64,000 nt of DNA from the NCBI GenBank assembly GCA_963759135.1, contig CAVWXU010000002.1:2360-66359 (forward strand), read 5' to 3'. The stretch is from an uncultured Chloroflexia bacterium (GTDB lineage: Bacteria; Chloroflexota; Limnocylindria; Limnocylindrales; CSP1-4). The position numbers were made by a program, and so were the translations under genes. How positions within the stretch are numbered: the first letter of the stretch is position 1; every line of letters starts with the position of its first letter. The notes below the pieces were generated by a model. That model was not told the origin of the DNA. It saw nothing but the letters and a program-made list of their open reading frames with translations, and searched no databases. Below, piece by piece: positions 28,584-38,329 of the stretch.

Positions 28584-29759
28584 ATGAAGGTTGGTGTGGC
28601 CAGAGAGACAGCGCCGGGCGAGCGCCGCGTGGCGCTGGTGCCCGAGACGCTGGGCAGGATCCAGAAGGTGGGCGCCGAGGTGCTCGTGGAGCACGACGCA
28701 GGTCTCGGTTCGCACTTCCTCGACAGCGCATACGAGGCCGCCGGCGCGTCGATCGTCTCCACCGACGAGCTGTACGCCCAGGCGGATCTCGTCGCGCGCG
28801 TGCACAAGCCGTCGCCGTCCGAAGCCGCGAAGCTGCGGCACGGTCAGGCCGTGGTCGGGTTCATGCAGCCCCTGCTGGACCCGAGGCTCGCAGCCGACCT
28901 CGCCGCGAAGGGCGTGATCGAGATCAGCCTGGACGCGATTCCCCGCACCCTCAGCCGGGCCCAGACGATGGACGCGCTCTCCTCGCAGGCCAACGTCGGC
29001 GGCTACAAGGCGGTGATCATGGCCGCCGAGGCCTACGGCCGCTACCTGCCCATGCTCACCACTGCGGCCGGGACGGCGAAGCCGGCGAACGTGCTGGTCC
29101 TCGGCATCGGCGTGGCCGGCCTCCAGGCCATCGCCACGGCGCGCCGGCTCGGAGCCGTCGTCAGGGCGTACGACGTGCGCCGCGAGACGAAGGAGCAGGC
29201 CCAGAGCGTGGGCGCGACCTTCATCGAGCTGAAGTCCTTGGCCGACGCGACAGGTGAAGGCGGCTACGCCCGCGCCCTCACGCCCGAGGAACAGAAGGCG
29301 CAGCAGGACGAGCTCAACGGGCACATCGCCGCGCAGGACATCGTGATCACGACGGCGCAGGTCCCCGGCCGGCGACCGCCGGTCCTGGTCACCGCGGCGG
29401 CGGTGGCCGGCATGAAGCCGGGCTCCATCATCGTGGACATGGCGGCCAGCGATCTCGGCGGCAACTGCGAGCTCTCCAGGGCGGGCGAGACGGTCGAGAC
29501 GGACAACGGCGTCACGATCCTCGCGCCCACGAACCTGCCGGCGTCGATGCCGGGGAGTGCGAGCCTGTTCTACTCGCGCAACCTGGCCGCGCTGCTCGTC
29601 ACCTTCATCAAGGACGGACAATTCACCATCGATCCGACGGACGAGGTGCACGCGGCGACCGTCATCACCAACGACGGCCGGGTGGTCCAGGAGGCGACGA
29701 AGAAGCTGCTCGAGCCCGCCGCCGGCTCCGGCACGGGCACCGGAGGTTCCGCCGCGTGA
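28584..29759 (+). CDS. pntAA: NAD(P) transhydrogenase subunit alpha part 1
   Basis: MKVGVARETAPGERRVALVPE and the Rossmann motif VLVLGIGVAGLQAIA are present. It heads a three-gene pnt cluster with overlapping boundaries. Confidence 0.9.
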   Translation: MKVGVARETAPGERRVALVPETLGRIQKVGAEVLVEHDAGLGSHFLDSAYEAAGASIVSTDELYAQADLVARVHKPSPSEAAKLRHGQAVVGFMQPLLDPRLAADLAAKGVIEISLDAIPRTLSRAQTMDALSSQANVGGYKAVIMAAEAYGRYLPMLTTAAGTAKPANVLVLGIGVAGLQAIATARRLGAVVRAYDVRRETKEQAQSVGATFIELKSLADATGEGGYARALTPEEQKAQQDELNGHIAAQDIVITTAQVPGRRPPVLVTAAAVAGMKPGSIIVDMAASDLGGNCELSRAGETVETDNGVTILAPTNLPASMPGSASLFYSRNLAALLVTFIKDGQFTIDPTDEVHAATVITNDGRVVQEATKKLLEPAAGSGTGTGGSAA

Positions 29760-30076
29760 GTGTCGACCAGCTGCTCTCGTCCCTCACCATCTTCGTGCTG
29801 GCCATCCTGGTCGGCTTCGAGGTCATCAGCAAGGTCCCCGCGACGCTGCACACGCCGCTGATGTCCGGAGCGAACTCCATCCACGGGATCGTGCTCGTCG
29901 GCGCGATGCTGATCGCCGCCATCGCGGACAACCCGCTCAGCATCGTCCTGAGCGTCATCGCCGTCGCCTTCGCCACCATGAACGTCGTCGGGGGCTACCT
30001 CGTGACGGACCGCATGCTCGAGATGTTCAAGAAGCGCCCGGCTCCGCCGAAGGGCGGCACGAAGGCCGAGGCCTGA
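29756..30076 (+). CDS. pntAB: NAD(P) transhydrogenase subunit alpha part 2 (membrane)
   Basis: 106 aa with 3 TM helices. Its start overlaps the pntAA stop (GTGA). Confidence 0.9.
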   Translation: MSVDQLLSSLTIFVLAILVGFEVISKVPATLHTPLMSGANSIHGIVLVGAMLIAAIADNPLSIVLSVIAVAFATMNVVGGYLVTDRMLEMFKKRPAPPKGGTKAEA

Positions 30077-30080
30077 CGCG

Positions 30081-31505
30081 ATGTCGCTCGACACCTTCAT
30101 CCGGCTCGTCTACGTCGTCGCGGCGGCGTGCTTCGTGCTGGGTCTGCACCTGATGAACTCGCCGGCCACGGCGCGCCGGGGCAACCAGCTCTCCGCCGTC
30201 GGGATGGCGGGCGCCGTCCTCGGAACCCTGCTGCTGATCGCGGCGGGCGACGTGAGCACCACCGGCACGCTGATCTGGCCGATCATCGTGGTCGGCATCG
30301 TCATCGGCGGCGGGGCGGGCGCCTACAGCGCGCGCACCGTGAAGATGACCGCGATGCCGCAGCTCGTGAGCATCTTCAACGCGATGGGCGGCGGGGCCGC
30401 CGCGCTCGTCGCGATCGACGAGTTCGTGCGCGCGGCGGGCGTGGGCCCCCACACGCTCGGCACGACCGAGGTCGTCGCCACGGTGCTCGACGTCGTGATC
30501 GGCTCGGTCACGTTCACCGGCTCGCTGCTCGCCGCGGGCAAGCTCCAGGGGATCGTGACCGGCACGCCGGTCAAGCTGCCGTTCGGCCAGGCGGTCAACG
30601 TCGTCCTCGCGGTGGTCGCGCTGGCGACCGCGCTCTACCTGGTGGTGGTGGGCCAGGTCCTGGCGGTGCTGGCCCTGCTCCTGCTGGCGGCGCTGGTCTT
30701 CGGCGTGACCATGGTGCTGCCCATCGGCGGCGCGGACATGCCGGTCGTGATCTCGCTCCTCAACGCCTTCACGGGAACCGCGGTCGCCATGGCCGGGTTC
30801 GTGATCGACAACCCGGTACTGATCATCGCCGGCGCGCTCGTCGGAGCGTCCGGCGGCATCCTCACCAAGCTCATGGCCGACGCGATGAACCGCTCGATCC
30901 TCAACATCGTGGTGGGCGGCTTCGGCACCGGAGATTCGACGGCGGCGACGACCGCGATGGCCGCTGGCGGTGGCTCGGTCCGCGAGCTGACCATCGACGA
31001 TGCGGCGATCCAGCTGGCGTATGCCCAGCACGTGATCGTCGTGCCGGGCTACGGCCTCGCCGTGGCGCAGGCGCAGCACGTGACCGCGGAGCTCGCGGGC
31101 CTGCTCGAGGAGCGTGGCGTGGACGTGAAGTACGCCATCCACCCCGTCGCGGGCCGCATGCCGGGGCACATGAACGTGCTGCTCGCCGAGGCGAACGTCC
31201 CGTACCCGCAGCTCGTGGAGATGGACGACATCAACCCGGAGTTCCAGCGGGCGGACGTGGCGCTCGTGCTCGGGGCCAACGACGTGACGAACCCGGCGGC
31301 GCGCTCGGATCCCTCCAGCCCGATCCACGGGATGCCCATCCTCGACGTCGACAAGGCGGCCAGCATCATCGTGGTCAAGCGGTCCATGCGGCCGGGCTAC
31401 GCCGGCATCGACAACCTGCTCTACTCGGACCCCAAGACCGGGATGCTGTTCGGCGACGCCAAGGACGTCCTGACGCACCTCATCACTGCGGTCAAGGCGC
31501 TGTAG
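30081..31505 (+). CDS. pntB: NAD(P) transhydrogenase subunit beta
   Basis: 474 aa with an N-terminal multi-TM region and a C-terminal NADP(H)-binding domain (VPGYGLAVAQAQH...MNVLLAEA...LVLGANDV). Confidence 0.9.
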   Translation: MSLDTFIRLVYVVAAACFVLGLHLMNSPATARRGNQLSAVGMAGAVLGTLLLIAAGDVSTTGTLIWPIIVVGIVIGGGAGAYSARTVKMTAMPQLVSIFNAMGGGAAALVAIDEFVRAAGVGPHTLGTTEVVATVLDVVIGSVTFTGSLLAAGKLQGIVTGTPVKLPFGQAVNVVLAVVALATALYLVVVGQVLAVLALLLLAALVFGVTMVLPIGGADMPVVISLLNAFTGTAVAMAGFVIDNPVLIIAGALVGASGGILTKLMADAMNRSILNIVVGGFGTGDSTAATTAMAAGGGSVRELTIDDAAIQLAYAQHVIVVPGYGLAVAQAQHVTAELAGLLEERGVDVKYAIHPVAGRMPGHMNVLLAEANVPYPQLVEMDDINPEFQRADVALVLGANDVTNPAARSDPSSPIHGMPILDVDKAASIIVVKRSMRPGYAGIDNLLYSDPKTGMLFGDAKDVLTHLITAVKAL

Positions 31506-31623
31506 CGACCGAGGCGTCGCCGCCGCGACAGCGGCGCCGTCGGTACGGAGTCGCCGCCGAGCTGGAGGCGCTGGAGGGAATGTTGGGGCCAGGGCGCCTG
31601 GCGGGGCTCGGTATGCTGCCGCT

Positions 31624-32070
31624 GTGGACGAACGGCACAGCGTCGAACTCCAGGCGGAAGTGCGTGCCCTCCGCTCCGACGTGTGGCCCCTCCTGTCCAC
31701 GGCCGGCGGCCTGTCCCGCTGGCTGGACGGGGCGGAGTTCCCGGCGGACGTCGGCGGGCCCATCCGGCTGCGCATGCGCGACGCCCTCGCGGTCGGCACG
31801 CTCCTTGCCTTCGACCCGCCGCAGCACGTGTCGTTCACGTTCGACTGGGACGCCGACCCAATCGGACAGCCGACGGTGGTCGCGCTCGACGCGATCGACC
31901 ACGGCGACTCGACGCACCTGACCCTGCGACACGTGGGCCTCCCCGGCGGACGCCAGCGCGACCTCCACGAGGCGCTGTGGCGGCACTGGTTCGAGCGCCT
32001 GGTCCGGGCGGCAGGTCAGCCCGGCGGTCAGCCCGGGGCCGGGTATCGGGAGGCTGCCGAGCGCAGCTGA
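31624..32070 (+). CDS. SRPBCC / AHSA1-like domain protein
   Basis: 148 aa with a GTG start and a VWPLLSTAGGLSRWL...HVSFTFDW...THLTLRH pattern. Confidence 0.65.
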   Translation: MDERHSVELQAEVRALRSDVWPLLSTAGGLSRWLDGAEFPADVGGPIRLRMRDALAVGTLLAFDPPQHVSFTFDWDADPIGQPTVVALDAIDHGDSTHLTLRHVGLPGGRQRDLHEALWRHWFERLVRAAGQPGGQPGAGYREAAERS

Positions 32071-33044
32071 TCGGCCACGCTGGCGCGGAGCTCGGGCGGC
32101 TCGAGGACCTCCGCGTCCGGGCCCCAGCCAAGGACCCATACCTGGATCTCGTGCAGGCCGGCGATCCTTCCACGCCACACGAGTGAGCCGTCCGCCTGTG
32201 GCTCCAGCACCTGGCTGGCGTGCCAGCGCGTCTCGGCCACGCGGCGCGCCACGTCGGCCGAGAAGCGGATCGCGACGGCCTCGAGCGGCTGGTCGGCGAT
32301 GACGTCCCAGCCCCGTGCCAGGCGCGCCACGGTGCCGGCTCCCTCCGTGGGGTCGAACGAGTCGGCCGTCAGCGACGCGTCGCGGATCCGTTCGACCTTG
32401 AAGGTGCGCTGGCCGTCGCGCTGCTCGTCGAAGCCGATCAGGTACAGGGCATGCGTGAGCGCGGACGGCTCGATGGCGTACGGGCGCACGCGCGCGCGGC
32501 GAACGCCGCGCGACGGGTCGTACGCGGCGGCGTCGTACGTGATCGCCACCACGCGGCCGCGCGCCCACGCCTCGGTGAGCGTCCGGAAGACCCTCGTGAA
32601 CCGCTGGTCCGGCGGTCGCGCGGCGACGATGTCGGCGGTCGCCTGCACGTGGTCGGCCAGCACCGGCGGCAGTACGGCCGCGAGCTTGACGAACGCGCCG
32701 ATCAGCTCGCTGTCGTATTCGTCGCTGGCCTTTGCCAGGGCACGCGCGGCGAGGAACAGCGTCATCGCCTCGTGGAGCGTCAGGTCGAGGGGCGGCAGGA
32801 ACGCTCCCTCCTCGAGCCCGTACCTGCCCCCGTCCTGCCAGATGGGCAGCCCGGCGTCCCGCTCCATCGCAGCCAGGTCGCGGTAGACCGTCCGTTTCGA
32901 GACGCCCACGAGGTCCGCGATCGCCGCGGCCCCGATCCCGGCACGGTGCTGGTGCAGGATCCGGGCGATCTTCAGGTAGCGGGCGGCGCGGTCCCACTTG
33001 ATCCCCGCGCGGTCGTCAGGCGGAGGAGAGCCGGCATCCGTCAT
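32028..33044 (-). CDS. WYL-domain transcriptional regulator (HTH-WYL-WCX, PafBC-like)
   Basis: The N-terminal HTH is IADLVGVSKRTVYRDLAAME and the WYL region is RVRPYAIEPSALTHALYLIGFDEQRDGQRTFKVERI. ATG 33044 overlaps the upstream stop (ATGA). Confidence 0.8.
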   Translation of the reverse strand: MTDAGSPPPDDRAGIKWDRAARYLKIARILHQHRAGIGAAAIADLVGVSKRTVYRDLAAMERDAGLPIWQDGGRYGLEEGAFLPPLDLTLHEAMTLFLAARALAKASDEYDSELIGAFVKLAAVLPPVLADHVQATADIVAARPPDQRFTRVFRTLTEAWARGRVVAITYDAAAYDPSRGVRRARVRPYAIEPSALTHALYLIGFDEQRDGQRTFKVERIRDASLTADSFDPTEGAGTVARLARGWDVIADQPLEAVAIRFSADVARRVAETRWHASQVLEPQADGSLVWRGRIAGLHEIQVWVLGWGPDAEVLEPPELRASVADQLRSAASRYPAPG

Positions 33045-34333
33045 GGGACGGGGACCGTGATCACCGGTGGCGCAGCCAGCGCCCGTGCCGTCAGGGACGC
33101 CCGCAGCGTGGCCTGCAGACCGGGCGGCCAGCCTTGCGGGGCCAGCCCCTCGACCGAGACGGCCGCCATCGTCAGCGTCCCGTCATTCGACACCCACCAG
33201 TCGAGGCTGCCCCGCCAGTCGGCGAGCGCGGTCGCGTCGGAGAGCGGTGGCTGACCGAGCAGCCAGCGGAGCGGGCGGAACGCCTGCAGCGCGATGGAGC
33301 CTCCGGCCAGGAGCTGGCAGTGCCGTGTTCGCACCCCGCCCACGAGCTCGATCCCGGCGTCCTCGGCCGCGAGGCGGGTCGTGCCGGACAGCGCCACGCG
33401 GATCACCTCCGAGTCGAGCGTCTCGCGGTCCTGCACGATCACCGGCGCCGGCGTGGCGCCGACCGCGACGTATGGCGCGATCTGTTCCGCGAGCGGGACG
33501 GCCGTCCACGGTCCGCTCCCGGGACGCAGCCACGTCGCCGTCGACGTCCGCGCATACGCGAGCGTCGCCGGCTCATCTCCCTGTTCGACCGGCCACCCGC
33601 CCAGCGTCGCGTCCCAGCGCTCGAGTCGGCCGGCGCGCACGCCCGTCAGCGCAACCGTGCCGATCTCCCGTCCGTCGATCTGCGCCGTCGCGTCGATGGT
33701 GACATCCGCGTTGGGCGCCGCCTGAAGCGACGACGAGCACGTGGGGGGCAGCGGCGCCTCCGCCGCCGGGCCGTCCGGCGCCACGGCTGCGCCCGGGAAA
33801 CCCAGCTGGATGCCGAGCGCGGCGGCACCGGACACCCCGGCCCCGACGGCGAGCATCGTCACCGCGATCACGCCGGCGAGCGCCAGGCGCGTGCGGCGCA
33901 GCGCCATCCCGCCAAGCAGGCGCCGTGACAGGCCGATGCCGGCGAACAGGGATGCGGCCGCGAGGGCCACGAACCAGCCGTAGGCGTCCTCCCCGGACGG
34001 GAGGAACAGCGACGCGCCGGGCTGCCGCAACTCGGACACGAGCCCGGCCACCGACGGCGCGAGGAGGAGGAGCTCGAGGATGCCCAGCCACGCGACCCCG
34101 GCGGCCGCCCGGCTGCCGCGGACGAGCGGCGGCCACGCGAGTGCGCACAGCGACGCCGCCGTGCCAACCACGAGCGTCGCCGATACGAGTGCGGCGAGCG
34201 GCAGAAACCCGGGGGGGTACGCCACGAGCACGGCCAGCGCCGCGGCCCCCCACAGGAGGGTCGCGACCAGCGCCAGCAGCCGAAGCCGGATCGCGCGGAC
34301 GCGCACGCTCCGCAGTGTACGGTCGGCTACCAT
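33041..34333 (-). CDS. membrane protein (5-6 N-terminal TM helices plus extracytoplasmic domain), unknown function
   Basis: I trimmed to ATG 34333 (MVADRTLRS). It is translationally coupled to the WYL regulator gene. Confidence 0.6.
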   Translation of the reverse strand: MVADRTLRSVRVRAIRLRLLALVATLLWGAAALAVLVAYPPGFLPLAALVSATLVVGTAASLCALAWPPLVRGSRAAAGVAWLGILELLLLAPSVAGLVSELRQPGASLFLPSGEDAYGWFVALAAASLFAGIGLSRRLLGGMALRRTRLALAGVIAVTMLAVGAGVSGAAALGIQLGFPGAAVAPDGPAAEAPLPPTCSSSLQAAPNADVTIDATAQIDGREIGTVALTGVRAGRLERWDATLGGWPVEQGDEPATLAYARTSTATWLRPGSGPWTAVPLAEQIAPYVAVGATPAPVIVQDRETLDSEVIRVALSGTTRLAAEDAGIELVGGVRTRHCQLLAGGSIALQAFRPLRWLLGQPPLSDATALADWRGSLDWWVSNDGTLTMAAVSVEGLAPQGWPPGLQATLRASLTARALAAPPVITVPVP

Positions 34334-34339
34334 CGGGCG

Positions 34340-35384
34340 ATGCCCGAGAGGTTCACGCGCCCCGTCGTGACCCCCGCCGTCGACCGCGCCCGGATCGAGG
34401 CCGGCACGGTTCGTGACCCGCGGGCGCTGGTGAGTCTCACGACCGATTTCGGCGAGCGTGACGCCTCGCCGGCGATCTGCCGGGGTGTGATCCTCGGCAT
34501 CGCCCCCGACGTGCGGCTGCTCGACGTCAGCCACGAGGTGGCGAAGTTCGCGGTTCTCGACGGAGCCCTGCTTCTGTGGGCCGCGCTGCCGTACCTGCCC
34601 GTCGGCGTTCACGTCGCCGTCGTCGACCCGGGCGTGGGGACGACGCGCCTGCCGATCGGCGTGCGCGTCGCGCGGGGCGACGTGCTGGTAGGGCCGGACA
34701 ACGGCCTTCTCTTGCCGGCCGCGGACCGCCTGGGCGGGGTGGTCGCTGCGCACGTGCTTGAGGCCGTCGAGTTCCGGCTGCCAGAGGTGAGCGCCTCGTT
34801 TCACGGCCGGGACGTCTTCGCGCCGGCCGGCGCCCATCTGGCTCTCGGGGTGCCGCTCGAGGCGTTCGGGCGGCCGCTCGATCCGTCCGGGCTCGTTCGG
34901 CTCCGACTTCCGGAACCGAACGTGATGCCGGGGGCGCTCGTGACCGCCGTGATCTATGTGGACTCGTTCGGCAACGTCAAGCTGGCCGGGGAGCGGCCGG
35001 ATCTCGAGGCTGCGCTCGGCCGGCTGACCTTCGGCGATCCGCTGCAGGTCGGGCCGCCGCCGCAGGAGCGGTCGCCGCAGGAGCCGCCGCCGCAGGAGCC
35101 GCCGACGCGAGGGGCAGTCGCCCCCGGAGCCGTCGCCCGAGGAGCCGTCGCCCCAGGAGCTGTCCTTCGGCCGCGGCAGCTCAGGCTCGCGCGGCCCGAC
35201 TCCGGCCACGCTGACCTGGCAGCCGACCTTCGGGGCCGTGCCGCCAGGCGACCCGCTCCTCTACGAGGATTCGCACGGCCGCCTCTGCCTCGCCGTTGCC
35301 CAGGGAGACGCCGCACGGCGCCTGGGGCTCCGGACGGGCGACCGGCTGGCGATCCGGCGAGCGCCGCCCGGCCGGGCGCCGTGA
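34340..35384 (+). CDS. SAM hydroxide adenosyltransferase (SAM hydrolase, DUF62 family), apparent frameshift inside a P/E/Q/S-rich repeat insertion
   Basis: The N-terminal domain has TTDFGERDASPAICRGVI, AVVDPGVGTTR, GPDNGLL and FHGRDVFAP. The conserved C-terminus TWQPTFGAVPPGDPLLYEDSHGRLCLAVAQGDAA is in another frame and ends with TGA at 35382-35384. The frame switch lies around 35105-35125. Confidence 0.75.
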
Positions 35385-35526
35385 AGCGGCGAAGGGCGCG
35401 ACCGAGAAAGATGAACGCCGGCGGCGCAGGTCCGGCGGCTACACTGACGGAAGGGGAGCGCACCGCGAGGGCGTGGGGCGCGATGCGGCCCGCCGGATGG
35501 CGTGCCGGATCCAGAGGAGGCCACGG

Positions 35527-36534
35527 ATGCACACCAGGATCAGGCTGCTCGCCGTCCCACTGACGGCGGCATTGCTGGCCGGATGCGGCGCGGGGGCGAC
35601 AGCATCCCCCGCCGCTCCGACCGTCGCGCCGGCCGTCACGCCGGCCGCGAGCGTCGCGCCGGCGCCGTCGGCCGCGGCATCCGCCGTCGCGAGCCCGGGC
35701 CAGGCCGCGAGCGCGGCTCCGTCGGCGGCGGCGATCTCCGCGAGCTGCATGATGGGGCAGGCCCAGACGCTCTCAAGCGGCAAGCTCACGATCGGCACCG
35801 ACAACCCCGCCTACCCGCCGTACTTCGCGACGGACAGCGGCACGCCGCCCAAGCCCTGGAAGCTGGGAGACCCCACGAACGGGCAGGGCTTCGAGAGCGC
35901 CGTCGCCTACGCCGTCGCGGGCAAGCTCGGCTTCGGCACGAGCAACGTCGTGTGGACCGTGGTTCCGTTCGACAATTCGTACGCGCCCGGCCAGAAGCCG
36001 TTCGACTTCTACCTGGCGCAGGTGTCGTACACGCCGGAGCGGGCCCAGGCCGTCGACATGTCCGACGGCTACTACTTCGTCGCCCAGTCGGTCGTCGCGC
36101 TTTCGGCCGACCCGATCACGAGGGCCAAGTCGATCTCCGACCTGAAGCCGTTCAAGCTCGGCGCGGCCCAGGGAACGACCGCATACACGGCGATCAAGAC
36201 CGTCGTCGCGCCGACGGCGCCGATCTCGGTCTACTCGACGAACGACGCGGCGATCCAGGCGCTCAAGGCGAAGCAGATCGACGGGATCGTGACGGACCTT
36301 CCCACGGCGTTCTACATCACGGCGGCGCAGCTGGACAACAGCGTCATCGTCGGACAGTTCCCGGTGACGCCCGGCCCGAATGCCGAGCATTTCAGCCTGG
36401 TGCTGGCGAAGGGCAGTCCGTTGACGTCCTGCGTGAACCAGGCCATCTCGGCCCTCAAGGCCGACGGGACGCTCGATCAGATCACCAAGGAGTGGCTCTC
36501 GGACAAGGCGAGCGCGCCGGTCCTCCAGCCCTAA
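35527..36534 (+). CDS. polar amino-acid ABC transporter substrate-binding lipoprotein
   Basis: I trimmed to ATG 35527. The lipobox is LTAALLAGCGAG. A family-3 SBP pattern is present (LTIGTDNPAYPPYF...GIVTDLPTAFY). Confidence 0.85.
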   Translation: MHTRIRLLAVPLTAALLAGCGAGATASPAAPTVAPAVTPAASVAPAPSAAASAVASPGQAASAAPSAAAISASCMMGQAQTLSSGKLTIGTDNPAYPPYFATDSGTPPKPWKLGDPTNGQGFESAVAYAVAGKLGFGTSNVVWTVVPFDNSYAPGQKPFDFYLAQVSYTPERAQAVDMSDGYYFVAQSVVALSADPITRAKSISDLKPFKLGAAQGTTAYTAIKTVVAPTAPISVYSTNDAAIQALKAKQIDGIVTDLPTAFYITAAQLDNSVIVGQFPVTPGPNAEHFSLVLAKGSPLTSCVNQAISALKADGTLDQITKEWLSDKASAPVLQP

Positions 36535-36556
36535 CGCCGGTGGGGCTGCTCGAGGG

Positions 36557-37441
36557 GTGAGCGCCTTTCGGGGTGGCCCGCTCGATCAGGGGGAGCTGGT
36601 CGCTCTCGGGCAGGCCGGGCTGCCCCACGCGGGCCGCCGCCGGGATCGGACGGCGCTGCGGTCCACGCTGGTCGCGCTGCTCAGCACCGTCGTCTTCTTC
36701 GGCGCGGTCGGGTGGATCGTCGTCCACGCACCGGGCTGGCCGGCGGTCCAGCGCTCGTTCCTGAACGGGACGGTCTGGGCGCAATCCGCGCCCGACATCG
36801 TCCCGGCGTTCTCGGTGAACGTCGAGCTCTTCTGCATCGCCGAAGTCTTCATCCTGGTGCTGGCGCTGATCCTGGCCGTGCTGCGGAGCCTGCCCGGCCC
36901 CGTCCTGTTCCCGCTCCGGCTGCTCGCCACGATCTACGCCGACTTCTTCCGGGCCGTCCCCGGCGTGCTCATCATCTACCTGCTCGGCTTCGGGATCCCC
37001 GGCCTCCAGATCAACGGCGTGCCCAACAGCCCGTTCTTCTACGCGGTCGTCTCCCTCACGCTCGTCTACTCCGCGTACGTGTCGGAGGTGTACCGGGCGG
37101 GCATCCAGTCGGTTCACCCCAGCCAGGATGCGGCGGCCCGGTCCCTCGGGCTCACGCAGTTCCAGGCGCTCCGCTACGTCGTCCTCCCGCAGGCCGTGCG
37201 GCGCGTGATCCCGCCGCTCCTCAACGACTTCATCGGCCTCCAGAAGGACACCGTGCTCGTGTCCTACATCGGCGTCGTCGAGATCTTCCGCCAGTCGCAG
37301 ATCGATGAGGCGGCCACCTTCAACTTCACCCCGTACATCGTCACGGCGCTGGTCTTCCTCGTCATCACCGTCCCGCTCGCCCGGTTCGTCGACGTGCTGA
37401 TCGCGCGCGACCGTCGCCGTTTCCTGGCCGGGGCTCGATGA
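36557..37441 (+). CDS. amino-acid ABC transporter permease (HisMQ/GlnP type)
   Basis: It has 5 or more TM helices and an EAA-like loop (AARSLGLTQFQALRYVVLPQAVRRVIPPL). Confidence 0.9.
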   Translation: MSAFRGGPLDQGELVALGQAGLPHAGRRRDRTALRSTLVALLSTVVFFGAVGWIVVHAPGWPAVQRSFLNGTVWAQSAPDIVPAFSVNVELFCIAEVFILVLALILAVLRSLPGPVLFPLRLLATIYADFFRAVPGVLIIYLLGFGIPGLQINGVPNSPFFYAVVSLTLVYSAYVSEVYRAGIQSVHPSQDAAARSLGLTQFQALRYVVLPQAVRRVIPPLLNDFIGLQKDTVLVSYIGVVEIFRQSQIDEAATFNFTPYIVTALVFLVITVPLARFVDVLIARDRRRFLAGAR

Positions 37442-38214
37442 CCGCGGCGACCGCCCACTCCGACTCGGCCCTCCCTGCGCTGCGCGTCGAGGGGGCCTGG
37501 AAGTCGTTCGGGCCCAACCAGGTGCTGCGTGGGATCGACCTCGAACTCGCGCAGCACGAGGTGGTCTGCCTGATCGGGGCCTCCGGGTCGGGCAAGTCGA
37601 CCTTGCTGCGCTGCATCAACCTGCTGGAGCCGGTCGACGCCGGCCGCATCTACCTGCAGCGCGAGGAGCTCACGGCTCCGGGTATCGACGTGAACAGGGT
37701 GCGGCGCCGGATCGGCATCGTGTTCCAGGCCTTCAACCTGTTCCCCCACATGACGGTCCTGGCGAACGTGACCCTGGCGCCTCGCAAGGCGTTGGGCCTG
37801 CCGGAGCGAGAGGCCCGCGAGCGCGCGGTGGCCCTGCTCGACCGCTTCGGCCTGGGCGACAAGCGCGACGACTATCCGGACCGACTCTCGGGCGGCCAGC
37901 AGCAGCGCGTCGCCATCGTTCGGGCGCTCGCGATGGAGCCGGACCTGCTCCTGCTCGACGAGATCACCAGCGCCCTGGACCCCGAGCTCGTGGCCGAGGT
38001 GCTGAACGTGATCCGCGAGCTGGCACGCGCAGGGATGACGATGCTCATCGCCACGCACGAGATGGGGTTCGCCCGCGACATCGCGAGCCGCGTGTGCTTC
38101 CTGGACGCGGGCGTCATCCTCGAGCAGGGACCGCCCGGCGAGATGTTCAGCCACCCTCGGGAAGCTCGCACGCAGCAGTTCCTCCAGCGGATCGTCGAGG
38201 CCGGGCGGCTGTAG
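37438..38214 (+). CDS. amino-acid ABC transporter ATP-binding protein
   Basis: Walker A is GASGSGKST, the signature is LSGGQQQRV, and Walker B is LLLLDE. The start overlaps the permease stop. Confidence 0.95.
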   Translation: MTAATAHSDSALPALRVEGAWKSFGPNQVLRGIDLELAQHEVVCLIGASGSGKSTLLRCINLLEPVDAGRIYLQREELTAPGIDVNRVRRRIGIVFQAFNLFPHMTVLANVTLAPRKALGLPEREARERAVALLDRFGLGDKRDDYPDRLSGGQQQRVAIVRALAMEPDLLLLDEITSALDPELVAEVLNVIRELARAGMTMLIATHEMGFARDIASRVCFLDAGVILEQGPPGEMFSHPREARTQQFLQRIVEAGRL

Positions 38215-38329
38215 CACGTTCGGGCGGAGCAGGACGTGCCGCAGGCGGCCGAACGCGAGCTGAACGCTCGGGCGGCGGCTCGCCGGGCGGCATGCTCCCC
38301 ACCCGCCGGGCCCGGGTCGCGAGCGGCGG

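Noticed and set aside
35385-35526. Structured-looking 140-nt leader upstream of the amino-acid ABC transporter, as a possible glycine or other riboswitch.
   Set aside because: I could not match it to any riboswitch consensus I know. It has no conserved core motifs, only generic GC-rich pairing.
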